DNA of 32,000 bases from an uncultured archaeon (GTDB lineage Archaea; Asgardarchaeota; Thorarchaeia; Thorarchaeales; Thorarchaeaceae). The notes below the pieces were generated by a model. That model saw only the letters and a program-made list of their open reading frames with translations, was not told the origin of the DNA and did not search any database. The DNA lies in contig CAZYLT010000005.1 in the NCBI GenBank assembly GCA_964648855.1, positions 120,001 through 152,000 on the forward strand. Reading direction: 5' to 3'. The stretch's first letter is position 1, and the number at the start of each line of letters is the position of its first letter. The position numbers and the translations under genes are program-made. Positions 18,020-27,643 of the stretch are shown here, in pieces.

Positions 18020-18217
18020 GTAGGGAATGAGGGGAAGAAAATAATCACGTATGAAATGTAGAGAACGCGGAAGAGGAGACGCATTCATCACATAGCCGGC
18101 AACTATTGTTCTTGATGAGTGCGAGAGGTATACTGTGTAGAGGTGCTACTATCGTTTTGGTAGTACCTTCTGCCAGATGGCGTTTTCTATAATCGAAAAG
18201 TGAGGAATGAATAAAAA

Positions 18218-21200
18218 ATGAATAAAAAGAGGATTGCATTCGTTCTTGTCCTCGTTGCAGCCATGAGCTTAAGCTTGTTCTTTGCTCCAATGGCCCCCGT
18301 GCGGACAGTAGAACAGAACGCTCCTCCCGACTTCACACCTGAAGAGGTTGAAGAGATCAATAATTATTACGATATGGTCTCACAGCCGAATTTTGTACCT
18401 GAAGTACATCCGACTCTTGCAGCTTGGCAGGGCGGATCTGATATTTCAAACAAGGTGGTCATGAGGGACGGGAGTCCGAGTGTTCTAATCTACGGAACCC
18501 CATGGATGAACGTGGACAAAATCGATTCAATAGTCGAAATTGATTGGAAGGTAAACCTAAAGGCCTTCTGGATCATTAAGGCTGTGCTTCCTTCTGTAGA
18601 GTCTTTGGACTTCCTGCTTGATGTTGATGGTGTTTCAACCATCGCGGCCGACGAGAAAGCTTTCGCGACGGACGACCTGAATAAGGTACTCGATCAGGCT
18701 CCACCAAGTTTACCCCAAGTTGGTACTGATATGGCAAATATCAACGACCAAGTAAACGCTGACGGCACTAACGCAGCTGCCTATGATGGCACTGATGTAG
18801 TAGTTGGTCACGTTGACACTGGTGTAGACTTTGGACATCCGGCTCTTCAGAACTCATATAGCATAGACTCTTACGATCCGACAGGTTATGGTTTGGTTCC
18901 AACAAACTATCACGGAAATATGACCAATGTCGCCAACGTTACTGAGTGGCTAGCCGAAGGCAACCTGCTCACATATGAGAGCGGTGGGAAATACTACCTG
19001 AATGTCACCGGTTGGGATCCGGTCCTAAACAATATGGGTGGGCCAAGACACCTCATGGGTCTCTTGCCTCCATATGGGGATGGATATCCATACGGTCCAA
19101 CAGTAGGTTTCATCGGTCTTTATGAGTGGGCTTGGGGCGTCAATAACGCTTCAGAGTTTGTCTACAATGAACTCTGGAAGGACTGGGAAATACCAGCACC
19201 TGATGCTCTGAATTTTGTAGGTAACTACAGCTTTGGCTGGGCATTCCAGCAGAGATACAGTCCCTATGCGAAGGTCTTCGCACCAATGGTGGTACTGAAT
19301 GGTACCGGAAATACCCAGCACGTAGTTGTGGATTGGGAAGGTGGAGAGGGCTGGACAGCAATGTGGAATGGTGCTATCTACTATGAGGATATGGACCTGA
19401 ACACAACCGCAGATCGCGACGAAGTAGTAGGTCTATTCGACTGGAACTTCACCGACGACTTCACTGATGGGGACGGTCTCTTCAACTTGGCCAATCCAAT
19501 CATGACTGTCGATTACACTGGTGATGGCGTTGATGACTTCAGCCTTGGTGCTTTCGGAAATGTCTGGGATCCAGGCTTCTTCGATGATGAAACAGTCTTC
19601 GAGGCCTTCAGGTCTGATGGTGATGCTATCGCGATATACTTCGACCATGGTACACATGGTACTGCCACTGCAGCTCACGTAGTTGGTAGCGATGCGACAG
19701 AGCGTTACTATGATCCAGCTAACAACCAGACAATAGCATTAGAGGGCGTCGCTCCTGGTGCGAAATTAATATCAGTCGCTTCCATAACCGCGGGTGCTCG
19801 CTTGAACGGTCACCTCTGGGTCTGTGGTTTCGACTACAACGAAACAACGAAGGAGTTCTATTACTCCGGCAACCACGAGTCCGACCTTACGACCAACTCT
19901 TGGGGCTGGATAACAACACCCTTCAGTGAATTCGACTACTTGTCATTCACTTGGACAATACTATCCGTGCCAGACTACTTGGATGAAGATTACTCCGGTG
20001 TACTCCACGTCTGCTCAGCAGGCAACGAAGGCGCTGGCTTCATGACAATTGGTCCTCCTGGTGCAAGTGCTGCAACTCTTACCGTTGGCGCTTCAACTCA
20101 GAGCCAATGGCTAGAATACCTCTACGGTCCAACTCAACCATATGAGGGTCCAGCAAGCTTCACCAGCAAGGGTCCGGCATTCTCAGGTTACGTCAAACCT
20201 GACGTCATGGCTCCCGGCTCAGCAGGTTATTCTGCTAATCCATGGTATGGACAATACTTCCAGTCTTACTGGATGGATGGCCCGTACTGGGGCGCAATGG
20301 TCTACAATACTACCCTATTTGGTGGTACTAGCCAAGCCGCACCCGTTACAGCCGGTGTGGTTGCATTAGTACTTGAGGCAGTCATAGATCAGACAATTGT
20401 CATTCCTGATGACTATCTGGCGCCTTCATTGAAGGTAACGATACAGGGGACTGCTGATGACCTAGGTTTAGATCCAGCAACACAAGGATTCGGAAGAGTC
20501 AATGCTGACGCTGCTGTAGATCTAGTCGTGAACAACCAAGGCCTGGTTGGCTGGAACTTGGACTCATTCAACAACTTGGCAACAATGCTTGATAAGCCGT
20601 GGGCCAACTGGGGCTCGTTGAATCTTGGCAAGGCGGTTGACAATGAGAACTTCACCCATCCGAGAGACTTTGGTGACAGCTCGTTGTACTTTGGCATGAT
20701 GATGCCCGGAGACACAGCCACGATCAGTCACGCATTCTTTAACGATTGGGGCGCATCGACTCCTCTAGACGCTTCAAGTTGGTCAGAACAGGCCATGATG
20801 ATGCAGATGGCGGAGATGTACACCTTCACGGGTACTACATTCTCGTACAATGACACAGTTGTTTACGACAGTCAGATGTACGGCTGGTTCAACCTTCGTG
20901 ATGAGATTGGTACCAGCGCCTACGATACAGATACTGGTGCCTACAACTATGTGACTCTCGGTGTATCATTCGATGCTGCTGAGGTCGCAGGTGCAGAACC
21001 ATGGATGTTCCTATATGATTGGGATGATGCCAACAACACCGATGGTATGCCTAACTTATGGAATGAAACTGCCCAACTTGGTGATGAACTCCATCGCTTG
21101 ACCAATGCCGGTGACCCGAGCAACACCAACATGATGTCTTGGGCTACAACTGACATTGCCAGCATCGATGGTGCTCTGGACGGGAATCTGACTCTAGTGA

Positions 21201-22987
21201 TTCATGATCCGGTTCATGATACTAACATGACCGCTCCTGGTCACGAGTTCACCTGTACAGTCATCTTCTGGGAGGAAGTTGCAGTACCTAGTGGCTTCTC
21301 ATTCGAGAAAGCGATTAGTTCTAGTGAAAGCTACAACATCACTCTCAACACAACTGGTTGGGAAACTGGTATCCATCAAGGCTATGTAGAAATCACTGCT
21401 GGTTCAGATGTTTACAAGGTTCCATGGAGCGTTAACATTGTAGCTAACCTTACAGGCACAGAGACTGAGGTACACACCATCGTTGATGGTTGGGGCGCTG
21501 AGCTCGAACCATACGACAGTGCAATGTACGGTTGCATGGGTGAGGACCCAGATGACTGGGACTTCCGAAGCTTTGCCATCTACAACCAGCATGCGACAGC
21601 GGGTTATCTCGGTGTACGTGCGATTTGGGATGACACTGGCAACGATATGATGGTCGAGGTCCTAGATGCTAACACAACTGTCCTTGGTAGCAACGCCGGT
21701 GAAACGGCAACGACAACAGCTGTTATTGCTGAACTCAGCGCACCTGTTGGATATCACTACATAATGGTGCATCCGACTGCGTTGAACGGTACAACGAGCC
21801 TACCAGTGAACTTCACTCTAGAGGTCATGTGGTACGAGGAGCTCACAGATGAACCTGTGATCTTTACTTACACCACAGATGACAGAGATGGCACATTTAC
21901 TCTTGGAGAAGGCGACACCGCTTGGGGTGACCACGTGGTTGTCAACGCAACCTATCCAGAGTTTGACTTGCCGAATCTGCCAGAATACGAAGTCACATCA
22001 ATTGAGGTTGGCTTCCTGTCCGGTGTCTACTACGAGGAATCTGGTCCCCTTGTCATACCTGACTCTGGCTATGACCCATTCTCTGGAGCTATTGACACCT
22101 CTCAATTCGCTTGGGAGTACGTCTCTGGCATCAAGGATGCCGACGACGTCTACGTAGAGGTCGACTTTACGAACGGCGATTGTGATGTCATGGCATGGTG
22201 GTACAGCATTGATGGCGAGATACAGGACAACTCAACCTGGTCATACGGTAACAACCTACTAGGCGCCCAGACTGCCACAGGCGCTCATCCAGAGATTGGC
22301 GAATTCACAGCCGACTTCGATGGTGATGTAGCAACGCTGGCTGTTGGTGTCTTTGACTACGACTTGCAGTCTGGTCAATACACAGTGATTGTTGACACCC
22401 GTGTTGGTGTCTTCGAGTCTGCTGTTGGCAGCACTGTGACCTATGATACCTATGACCTCGGTCGCAATGGTACATTCCAGGTCAAGATTAGCGCTTGGAC
22501 TGACACCAATGAGATGTTCGTCATCAACTACGCTGCCATTACATTCCAGAACTACTTCTCACCTGTTCTCTCGAACATTGAGGTAACTGGAACTGGTGCA
22601 GTCAAGACAATCACGTGGGATGCTAGTGACCTGAACGCTCAGGACACCCATGTATTCGAGATTCTCATCTCTGATGATGGCGGAGAGAACTTCCAGCTAT
22701 TAGCTACAGGTCTCACTGCACTTGAGTACGAATGGGATTCCACTGGCTTTGAGATCAACAATTACACAGCCCTAGTGCGTGTGACTGACTCATACGGACT
22801 CACAGACTCAATCGAGTCGGACGAGTTTGAGGCAGGTACTGTTGAACCTCCAGAGCCCACTGAACCGACCGATACGGAAACTGATACAGGCTTCTTCGGC
22901 CTCGACCCATTGGTTCTAGGCCTTATTGCCGGTATTGGCGTTGGTGTTGTCGTAGTGCTCATTCTCTTCCTCGTGAAGAGACGGTAG
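18218..22987 (+). CDS. Giant (1589 aa) cell-surface S8 subtilase, pyrolysin-like, membrane anchored
   Basis: Signal peptide MNKKRIAFVLVLVAAMSLSLFFA; triad VDTG / HGTATAAH / GTSQAAPVTAG; SAGNEG; ~270 aa insert between the catalytic Asp and His; beta-rich C-terminal domains, Pro/Thr/Glu linker, TM helix and KRR. GTGAGGA RBS. Confidence 0.93.
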   Translation: MNKKRIAFVLVLVAAMSLSLFFAPMAPVRTVEQNAPPDFTPEEVEEINNYYDMVSQPNFVPEVHPTLAAWQGGSDISNKVVMRDGSPSVLIYGTPWMNVDKIDSIVEIDWKVNLKAFWIIKAVLPSVESLDFLLDVDGVSTIAADEKAFATDDLNKVLDQAPPSLPQVGTDMANINDQVNADGTNAAAYDGTDVVVGHVDTGVDFGHPALQNSYSIDSYDPTGYGLVPTNYHGNMTNVANVTEWLAEGNLLTYESGGKYYLNVTGWDPVLNNMGGPRHLMGLLPPYGDGYPYGPTVGFIGLYEWAWGVNNASEFVYNELWKDWEIPAPDALNFVGNYSFGWAFQQRYSPYAKVFAPMVVLNGTGNTQHVVVDWEGGEGWTAMWNGAIYYEDMDLNTTADRDEVVGLFDWNFTDDFTDGDGLFNLANPIMTVDYTGDGVDDFSLGAFGNVWDPGFFDDETVFEAFRSDGDAIAIYFDHGTHGTATAAHVVGSDATERYYDPANNQTIALEGVAPGAKLISVASITAGARLNGHLWVCGFDYNETTKEFYYSGNHESDLTTNSWGWITTPFSEFDYLSFTWTILSVPDYLDEDYSGVLHVCSAGNEGAGFMTIGPPGASAATLTVGASTQSQWLEYLYGPTQPYEGPASFTSKGPAFSGYVKPDVMAPGSAGYSANPWYGQYFQSYWMDGPYWGAMVYNTTLFGGTSQAAPVTAGVVALVLEAVIDQTIVIPDDYLAPSLKVTIQGTADDLGLDPATQGFGRVNADAAVDLVVNNQGLVGWNLDSFNNLATMLDKPWANWGSLNLGKAVDNENFTHPRDFGDSSLYFGMMMPGDTATISHAFFNDWGASTPLDASSWSEQAMMMQMAEMYTFTGTTFSYNDTVVYDSQMYGWFNLRDEIGTSAYDTDTGAYNYVTLGVSFDAAEVAGAEPWMFLYDWDDANNTDGMPNLWNETAQLGDELHRLTNAGDPSNTNMMSWATTDIASIDGALDGNLTLVIHDPVHDTNMTAPGHEFTCTVIFWEEVAVPSGFSFEKAISSSESYNITLNTTGWETGIHQGYVEITAGSDVYKVPWSVNIVANLTGTETEVHTIVDGWGAELEPYDSAMYGCMGEDPDDWDFRSFAIYNQHATAGYLGVRAIWDDTGNDMMVEVLDANTTVLGSNAGETATTTAVIAELSAPVGYHYIMVHPTALNGTTSLPVNFTLEVMWYEELTDEPVIFTYTTDDRDGTFTLGEGDTAWGDHVVVNATYPEFDLPNLPEYEVTSIEVGFLSGVYYEESGPLVIPDSGYDPFSGAIDTSQFAWEYVSGIKDADDVYVEVDFTNGDCDVMAWWYSIDGEIQDNSTWSYGNNLLGAQTATGAHPEIGEFTADFDGDVATLAVGVFDYDLQSGQYTVIVDTRVGVFESAVGSTVTYDTYDLGRNGTFQVKISAWTDTNEMFVINYAAITFQNYFSPVLSNIEVTGTGAVKTITWDASDLNAQDTHVFEILISDDGGENFQLLATGLTALEYEWDSTGFEINNYTALVRVTDSYGLTDSIESDEFEAGTVEPPEPTEPTDTETDTGFFGLDPLVLGLIAGIGVGVVVVLILFLVKRR

Positions 22988-23002
22988 AACTAGCAGTTTA
23001 AC

Positions 23003-23035
23003 GGGGACTTCTGTCCCCTATCTCTTTCTTTTTTT
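23003..23035 (+). terminator. Hairpin plus T-tract terminator after the giant subtilase
   Basis: GGGGAC-TTCT-GTCCCC (23003-23018) followed by TATCTCTTTCTTTTTTT. Confidence 0.8.
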
Positions 23036-23164
23036 CACCATTATTGAATTGAAGAAATATAAGATTCCAAGAGGCGAATTATTAGACTAAGATTTTGCTT
23101 CTTTTCTTGATGGGTATAAAACGTGATTGTCCTGAGCGGCCCTGAATGAGTACAGTTATGGAGC

Positions 23165-23722
23165 CTAAATTGTTGACTCTAGATCGCTGAATTTTTCCAT
23201 AAGTACTACCTCTGAGGCAGGCTTTCTTGGCGTTGGACTAGGGCTCTCATCTGGCACGCCAATCGGTATAATTGAGACCGGCTGGAATCCATCTGGGGCA
23301 GAAACAGCATTCGCGGCTGCTTTTTCATCGAAGGCACCCACCCAACAACCTGCGTAACCCATTGCATGCGTGGTAAGCAGTATTGTGTATGTTAGTGCTG
23401 CAGTATCTTGGTAAACATAGAGCGACCTACCCCTCTTACCATATTTCTCAGCAGATTCACTAGGTACTGCCACAATAACGAGAACTACGGGTGCATTCTT
23501 GACGACACTCTGCCCATAGGCTGCATCAGCTAGCTTCCTAATTTGGTCGTCACTAGTTGTTCTGACAATTCTCCATGGTTGCAAATTGCCGGCAGAGGGG
23601 GCCCATAGCCCAGTACGAATTATTTCATCAATTACTTCATCAGGTATCTCTTCATATTTGAATTTTCTAATCGAGCGTCTCGACCTGATTTGTTCAATAC
23701 AATTTCCTTCAGGCATTATCAA
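23165..23722 (-). CDS. Nitroreductase family protein
   Basis: IRSRRSIRKF, WAPSAGNLQPW, GYAGCWVGAFDE, IIPIGVP. Overlaps the end of the upstream dehydrogenase; start may be ATG 23716. Confidence 0.93.
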   Translation of the reverse strand: MIMPEGNCIEQIRSRRSIRKFKYEEIPDEVIDEIIRTGLWAPSAGNLQPWRIVRTTSDDQIRKLADAAYGQSVVKNAPVVLVIVAVPSESAEKYGKRGRSLYVYQDTAALTYTILLTTHAMGYAGCWVGAFDEKAAANAVSAPDGFQPVSIIPIGVPDESPSPTPRKPASEVVLMEKFSDLESTI

Positions 23723-24701
23723 TTACCTCTTCATTTACTATGTTCGGGGGCTTATCACCCTTTAGACCTGCGATGAGATTCTGGGCACAAATGACCCCCA
23801 TTTCTGACCGGGTGGCTATGCTTGCGCTGCCAATATGTGGAGCGACCACGACATTACTCAGTGAAAGAAGTGGGTTGTCTATTGGAGTTGGTTCCTGCTG
23901 AAAAACATCAAGACCTGCAGCCCAAATTTCACCATTCTGAAGAGCCCATATTAGAGACTCTTCATCAACGACGGCACCTCTAGATGTATTGATGAGAATG
24001 GCGCTCTTTTTCATTGAAATGAGTTCATCCTTACCAATCATTCCATCCGTCTGTTCATTCAAAGGCACATGGATTGACACGAAATCTGATTTGCTGAACA
24101 AATCACTTAGGGGCACACTTGAACCTCCAAGCTCATTGTCAACTTCATCAGTATACTGGTTTCTTGACCGTGTGTGGTATAGTATCTCCATATCAAATCC
24201 CCTTGCCCGTCGAGCAACTGCAGATCCAATCCTGCCTAGTCCAATGATTCCTAGGGTCTTCCCGTGTACATCCTGGCCGGTCAGCAGACTCGGTCCCCAT
24301 GCAACTCTCCAATTTCCATCGCGGATATACGAATCAGCCTCCACTAATCTGCGACTGGTTGCCATGATTAATGCCCATGCCAAATCTGCAGTTGTATCTG
24401 TGAGAACCCCAGGCGTATTTGTTACTATGATGCCTCTCTCTGTTGCACCCTCTAGGTCGATATTGTCGTACCCCACCGCGTATTGTGATATGATTCTTAG
24501 GTATGGTAACTCATCCATAAGAGCATTATCGATAGGGTCGGAGAGTAGGCTTACGAGACCCGTGCAGTTCTTCGCTCTACTGACAATCTCCTCTCTACTC
24601 GGAGGTATCTCTCTGTCCCAGACATCCACCTCATACTTCGACCGTATCATAGAAATTACATCACCAGGTATTTCTCGAGTAACAAAGACACTATGCTTCA
24701 A
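23709..24701 (-). CDS. gyaR: Glyoxylate reductase / D-glycerate dehydrogenase (D-2-hydroxyacid dehydrogenase)
   Basis: AVGYDNID, TNTPGVLTDTTADL, GIIGLGRIG, LINTSRGAVVDE, AGLDVF, PHIGSAS. Start refined to TTG 24701 after GAGGA (track ORF begins at 24767). Confidence 0.9.
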   Translation of the reverse strand: MKHSVFVTREIPGDVISMIRSKYEVDVWDREIPPSREEIVSRAKNCTGLVSLLSDPIDNALMDELPYLRIISQYAVGYDNIDLEGATERGIIVTNTPGVLTDTTADLAWALIMATSRRLVEADSYIRDGNWRVAWGPSLLTGQDVHGKTLGIIGLGRIGSAVARRARGFDMEILYHTRSRNQYTDEVDNELGGSSVPLSDLFSKSDFVSIHVPLNEQTDGMIGKDELISMKKSAILINTSRGAVVDEESLIWALQNGEIWAAGLDVFQQEPTPIDNPLLSLSNVVVAPHIGSASIATRSEMGVICAQNLIAGLKGDKPPNIVNEEVIDNA

Positions 24702-24863
24702 CAGATATTCCTCATCAAATTTCAATTGCTTAACATCAAATATTGCTCTTTTGATTGCCACAAACATTTATCTGTATACAATCTACTCTTTTAGCGACGA
24801 AACAACAAAGGACTCAATATCGGGTAACTACTCAATGGCGATAGAACATGCGGTGAACCGTTT

Positions 24864-24874
24864 GCTTATATTGA
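24864..24874 (+). promoter_or_regulatory. Putative TATA box for the wHTH gene
   Basis: GCTTATATTGA about 50 nt upstream of the ORF; same GCTTATAT core as upstream of the GTPase gene. Confidence 0.4.
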
Positions 24875-24920
24875 ATATCGCAAAAGATACTCTGTAAGAC
24901 AAATATGGTCCTATTAGCGG

Positions 24921-25205
24921 GTGATGAAGGTGAAGATGTCTAATTTCGAACTACCACGCAGCGCAGTCATTGTCCTAGATCGCTTAACAGATGAAGGACC
25001 AATGACCCCAAAAGACCTAAGCAAGAAAGTAGACCTTGCACCGCGAACAGTTTCCTTTGCTCTTAGGAAGCTGCTGGGACAGAAATTGTGCAAGAAAATT
25101 CCAAACCTTCGGGATATGCGTCAGCCATTATACCTTGCTGATGCAGAGAAAGCTAGAGAGCTGCGGATGAAATACGAACATGTATTCCGGCAGATCCTAA
25201 TCTAG
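24921..25205 (+). CDS. Small winged helix-turn-helix (MarR-like) transcriptional regulator
   Basis: GPMTPKDLSKKVDLAPRTVSFALRKL helix-turn-helix followed by wing IPNLRDMRQPLY. Start may be ATG 24924 or 24936. Confidence 0.85.
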   Translation: MMKVKMSNFELPRSAVIVLDRLTDEGPMTPKDLSKKVDLAPRTVSFALRKLLGQKLCKKIPNLRDMRQPLYLADAEKARELRMKYEHVFRQILI

Positions 25206-25258
25206 GCAAGGCTAGATTATTGACCTGGTCGCTTGAATCGCTGCCTTTGCATGATTTT

Positions 25259-25276
25259 ACCGATATTCGGTTTTTT
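25259..25276 (+). terminator. Possible short hairpin plus T-tract terminator
   Basis: ACCGA-TAT-TCGGT followed by TTTTT downstream of the wHTH gene. Confidence 0.4.
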
Positions 25277-25316
25277 CCCAATACTGTTTTATTCCTGTGA
25301 ATACTAACCTGAACCT

Positions 25317-25520
25317 GTGGCAATAATGGCTCATGAAGGACTATCTGCTTTTCTGGCAATCCTTGGGGTGCTGCTCATCATGTCTTTCTATTTGGGGCCT
25401 GGACAAGAGGTCAGAAAAGTCAAGAGACTTGAAGGAAAAATCATGCTTCTTCCTACGGGAGTTATCCTTCTTATTATAGCTGTGATTGTTTTCTCAGGAA
25501 TTTTGAACAATGCTCCTTAG
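25317..25520 (+). CDS. Small two-TM membrane protein
   Basis: Two hydrophobic helices flanking a basic loop (EVRKVKRLEGK); likely start ATG 25326; stop overlaps the convergent citG-like stop. Confidence 0.7.
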   Translation: MAIMAHEGLSAFLAILGVLLIMSFYLGPGQEVRKVKRLEGKIMLLPTGVILLIIAVIVFSGILNNAP

Positions 25521-26491
25521 CTACCGAATGTATCCTGAACAAGCTTGCAAAATATTCCCGCAGAGAGGAAATCCGCGGTTGACCCCGGATTCATTAGATT
25601 CCCGTGTCTTCTGAGAATGCCATCCAATTCACTCATGACTCCACTGAGGTCCGAACCATCTCTTTCAGTAAGTACTGATTGTGCAAGCTCCTGAATCTTC
25701 TTTGCTGTTTCCCAACCAGCTTTCTTGATAATTAGTCCATCTGGCTTTTTCGCCAACAGCCATACAAATGTCTTCACTATTGCCTCTTCCATATCATCAA
25801 GATTATTGGAATGAGATTGCAATTTTGGTAGAATTTCATCGAGAATCAAAGAAAAGTAAGACGACCATTCTTCACATATTGGGTCAACCTTTGCTGAGAT
25901 TTTGAAAAGTTTTCCAAGAGAGATTTGATCTTCACGGATGTTATCAAACACGTCGGGGTTATTGATATCGAATCTGCTATGAAATTCATTCCACCTGGAT
26001 GTCAATTTGTGTTTCTCGCCAGAATGATGGACTTTCCTCAATGCATGATACACATCCAGAGTGTCCTCAACGGTAGTCGAGTCAATAATTCGTTTTATCC
26101 ATGATTGAGTTGGCTGGGCATCAAACCTAGCATATTCTGAGATTGTGGCTGAGATAGCCACACAGAGAGGTATGTAGAGGAAAATAGTGCCCATGATTGT
26201 GTTGGTGAAATTTGGCCCACCAAACACCATCTCAGAGCTTTGGCGAATTAGTTTGCCGAGATGTACTTTTTCAGCCTCCATCTTTTTCCGCCCTAGTTGC
26301 CAGCCTGTTGTTGACCCATCGAAGAGCCCCTTATTCAGTAGTGAGGCGCTGGCCAAGAAATGTCTATAAGATGTATCTGAAAAGCTCTCTATCCGATTTA
26401 CGTTTCCCGGCTTAGGAGAGCTTACTTCTAAGAGAATGCCTAGTTGTCCTAAACCACATATTTTCCAAGGAATCTGCGTGCCATCCAACAT
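25517..26491 (-). CDS. citG: CitG family (triphosphoribosyl-dephospho-CoA synthase-like) protein, archaeal type
   Basis: LLEVSSPKPGNV near the N-terminus, TNTIMG, and C-terminal NPGSTAD; AGGTGA RBS. Confidence 0.82.
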   Translation of the reverse strand: MLDGTQIPWKICGLGQLGILLEVSSPKPGNVNRIESFSDTSYRHFLASASLLNKGLFDGSTTGWQLGRKKMEAEKVHLGKLIRQSSEMVFGGPNFTNTIMGTIFLYIPLCVAISATISEYARFDAQPTQSWIKRIIDSTTVEDTLDVYHALRKVHHSGEKHKLTSRWNEFHSRFDINNPDVFDNIREDQISLGKLFKISAKVDPICEEWSSYFSLILDEILPKLQSHSNNLDDMEEAIVKTFVWLLAKKPDGLIIKKAGWETAKKIQELAQSVLTERDGSDLSGVMSELDGILRRHGNLMNPGSTADFLSAGIFCKLVQDTFGS

Positions 26492-26559
26492 TTTTCACCT
26501 GAATAGTTTCTACTCACAAGGGCTGGGCAATCCTAATTAGATAGGATAGAGAATCAACG

Positions 26560-26901
26560 GTGAGTACAATGAGTATCTCAGCGCGGCTTACATTCTCTCA
26601 GGTCGGCCTCCTTGTTTCAATATTCGTCTATTTGATTATACGAGGCTTCTTTGTCGTTTTGAACATTGGGTTTTTGTGGACGCAAGCTGGTGGCTTTCTT
26701 AGTATTGCCTTTCCAATAGTCCCTACAATGGTCCTTGGTTTTGCAGGTTGTGTGGTATCCTATGGCTATTCTTACCTAGGACTCTGGTTAATGGATCAAG
26801 AACAGTTTCTGCTGGGAGCTATCTCCATGTTTGGTGGTGTAATCCTGATACCCGCAGGACTAGGTGCATATTCTTGGTTCTTCTTTCCAGTGGCTACTTG
26901 A
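26560..26901 (+). CDS. Small multi-TM membrane protein of unknown function
   Basis: 113 aa, almost entirely hydrophobic (about 3 TM helices); GGTGAG before ATG 26569; fills the gap between citG-like and sirtuin genes. Confidence 0.7.
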   Translation: MSTMSISARLTFSQVGLLVSIFVYLIIRGFFVVLNIGFLWTQAGGFLSIAFPIVPTMVLGFAGCVVSYGYSYLGLWLMDQEQFLLGAISMFGGVILIPAGLGAYSWFFFPVAT

Positions 26902-27643
26902 ACTGAACAATCTCCGGCAAGATATCTGCTGCTCTTCCCTGGAGAACTATATCTGCGACACCACTTCTGTTTGTTCCTTCCAGATTGACCAAAATCACTT
27001 TGGCTTCTGAATTCTTGGCTACTTGTGGAAGGAAAGCAGCTGGATAGACTTGCAGGCTCGTTCCAATCACTAACATCAAATCACTATTTCTGCATATTTC
27101 AATTGCTTGGGTCATCGCATTATTAGGAAGGGGTTCTCCGAATAAGACTGCATCAGATTTTAGAATGCCTTCACATTTATCACACTTTGGCGGTATTTTG
27201 CCCTTTGCGACCCGTTTCTGGATCGATTTGCCCACATATTTTTCGCCACACTCCATGCAATATGCGACTAGGTAGTTTCCGTGCAATTCGACCACTTTTT
27301 CATTCCCGGCTGATTGATGCAAGTTATCTATATTCTGCGTGATGACTCCGATCAGCTTGCCCTGTTTCTCCAACTCTGCTAAAGCCATGTGGGCTTCATT
27401 AGGCTTCGCAGCGAGAATCACTTCCGCCAGCTCCTTTCCCATTGTCCAGAACTTCGAGGGGTCTTTCAGAAAACTCTCATAGGTTGCATACTCGTTTGGG
27501 TCATACCTTGTCCATAGACCTCCCTCGGAGCGAAAGTCAGGTATACCCGAGTCAACACTGATTCCAGCGCCGGTAAATGCTGAGATTCTATCTGAATCTT
27601 GCACAAGTCTTCTTGCCTCTTCAATGTCCTCTTCATGTGGCAT
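26894..27643 (-). CDS. cobB: NAD-dependent protein deacylase (sirtuin, Sir2/CobB family)
   Basis: FTGAGISVDSGIPDFRS, ITQNIDNLH, ELHG, zinc ribbon CMEC...CDKC, VLFGE, GTSLQVYPAA. Start refined to ATG 27643 (track 27673). Confidence 0.94.
   Translation of the reverse strand: MPHEEDIEEARRLVQDSDRISAFTGAGISVDSGIPDFRSEGGLWTRYDPNEYATYESFLKDPSKFWTMGKELAEVILAAKPNEAHMALAELEKQGKLIGVITQNIDNLHQSAGNEKVVELHGNYLVAYCMECGEKYVGKSIQKRVAKGKIPPKCDKCEGILKSDAVLFGEPLPNNAMTQAIEICRNSDLMLVIGTSLQVYPAAFLPQVAKNSEAKVILVNLEGTNRSGVADIVLQGRAADILPEIVQFK

Noticed and set aside
18045-18290. 81-aa minus-strand ORF in the long intergenic region
   Set aside because: Overlaps the start and RBS of the giant subtilase on the opposite strand; composition is not protein-like.
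23989-24897. 302-aa plus-strand ORF
   Set aside because: Antisense shadow of the well-supported gyaR gene; Ser/Ile-rich with no motifs.
26894-27643. Sirtuin as an anti-phage Sir2 effector (Thoeris/DSR-like)
   Set aside because: It is a canonical ~250-aa zinc-ribbon CobB-type deacylase with no fused or adjacent defence domains.
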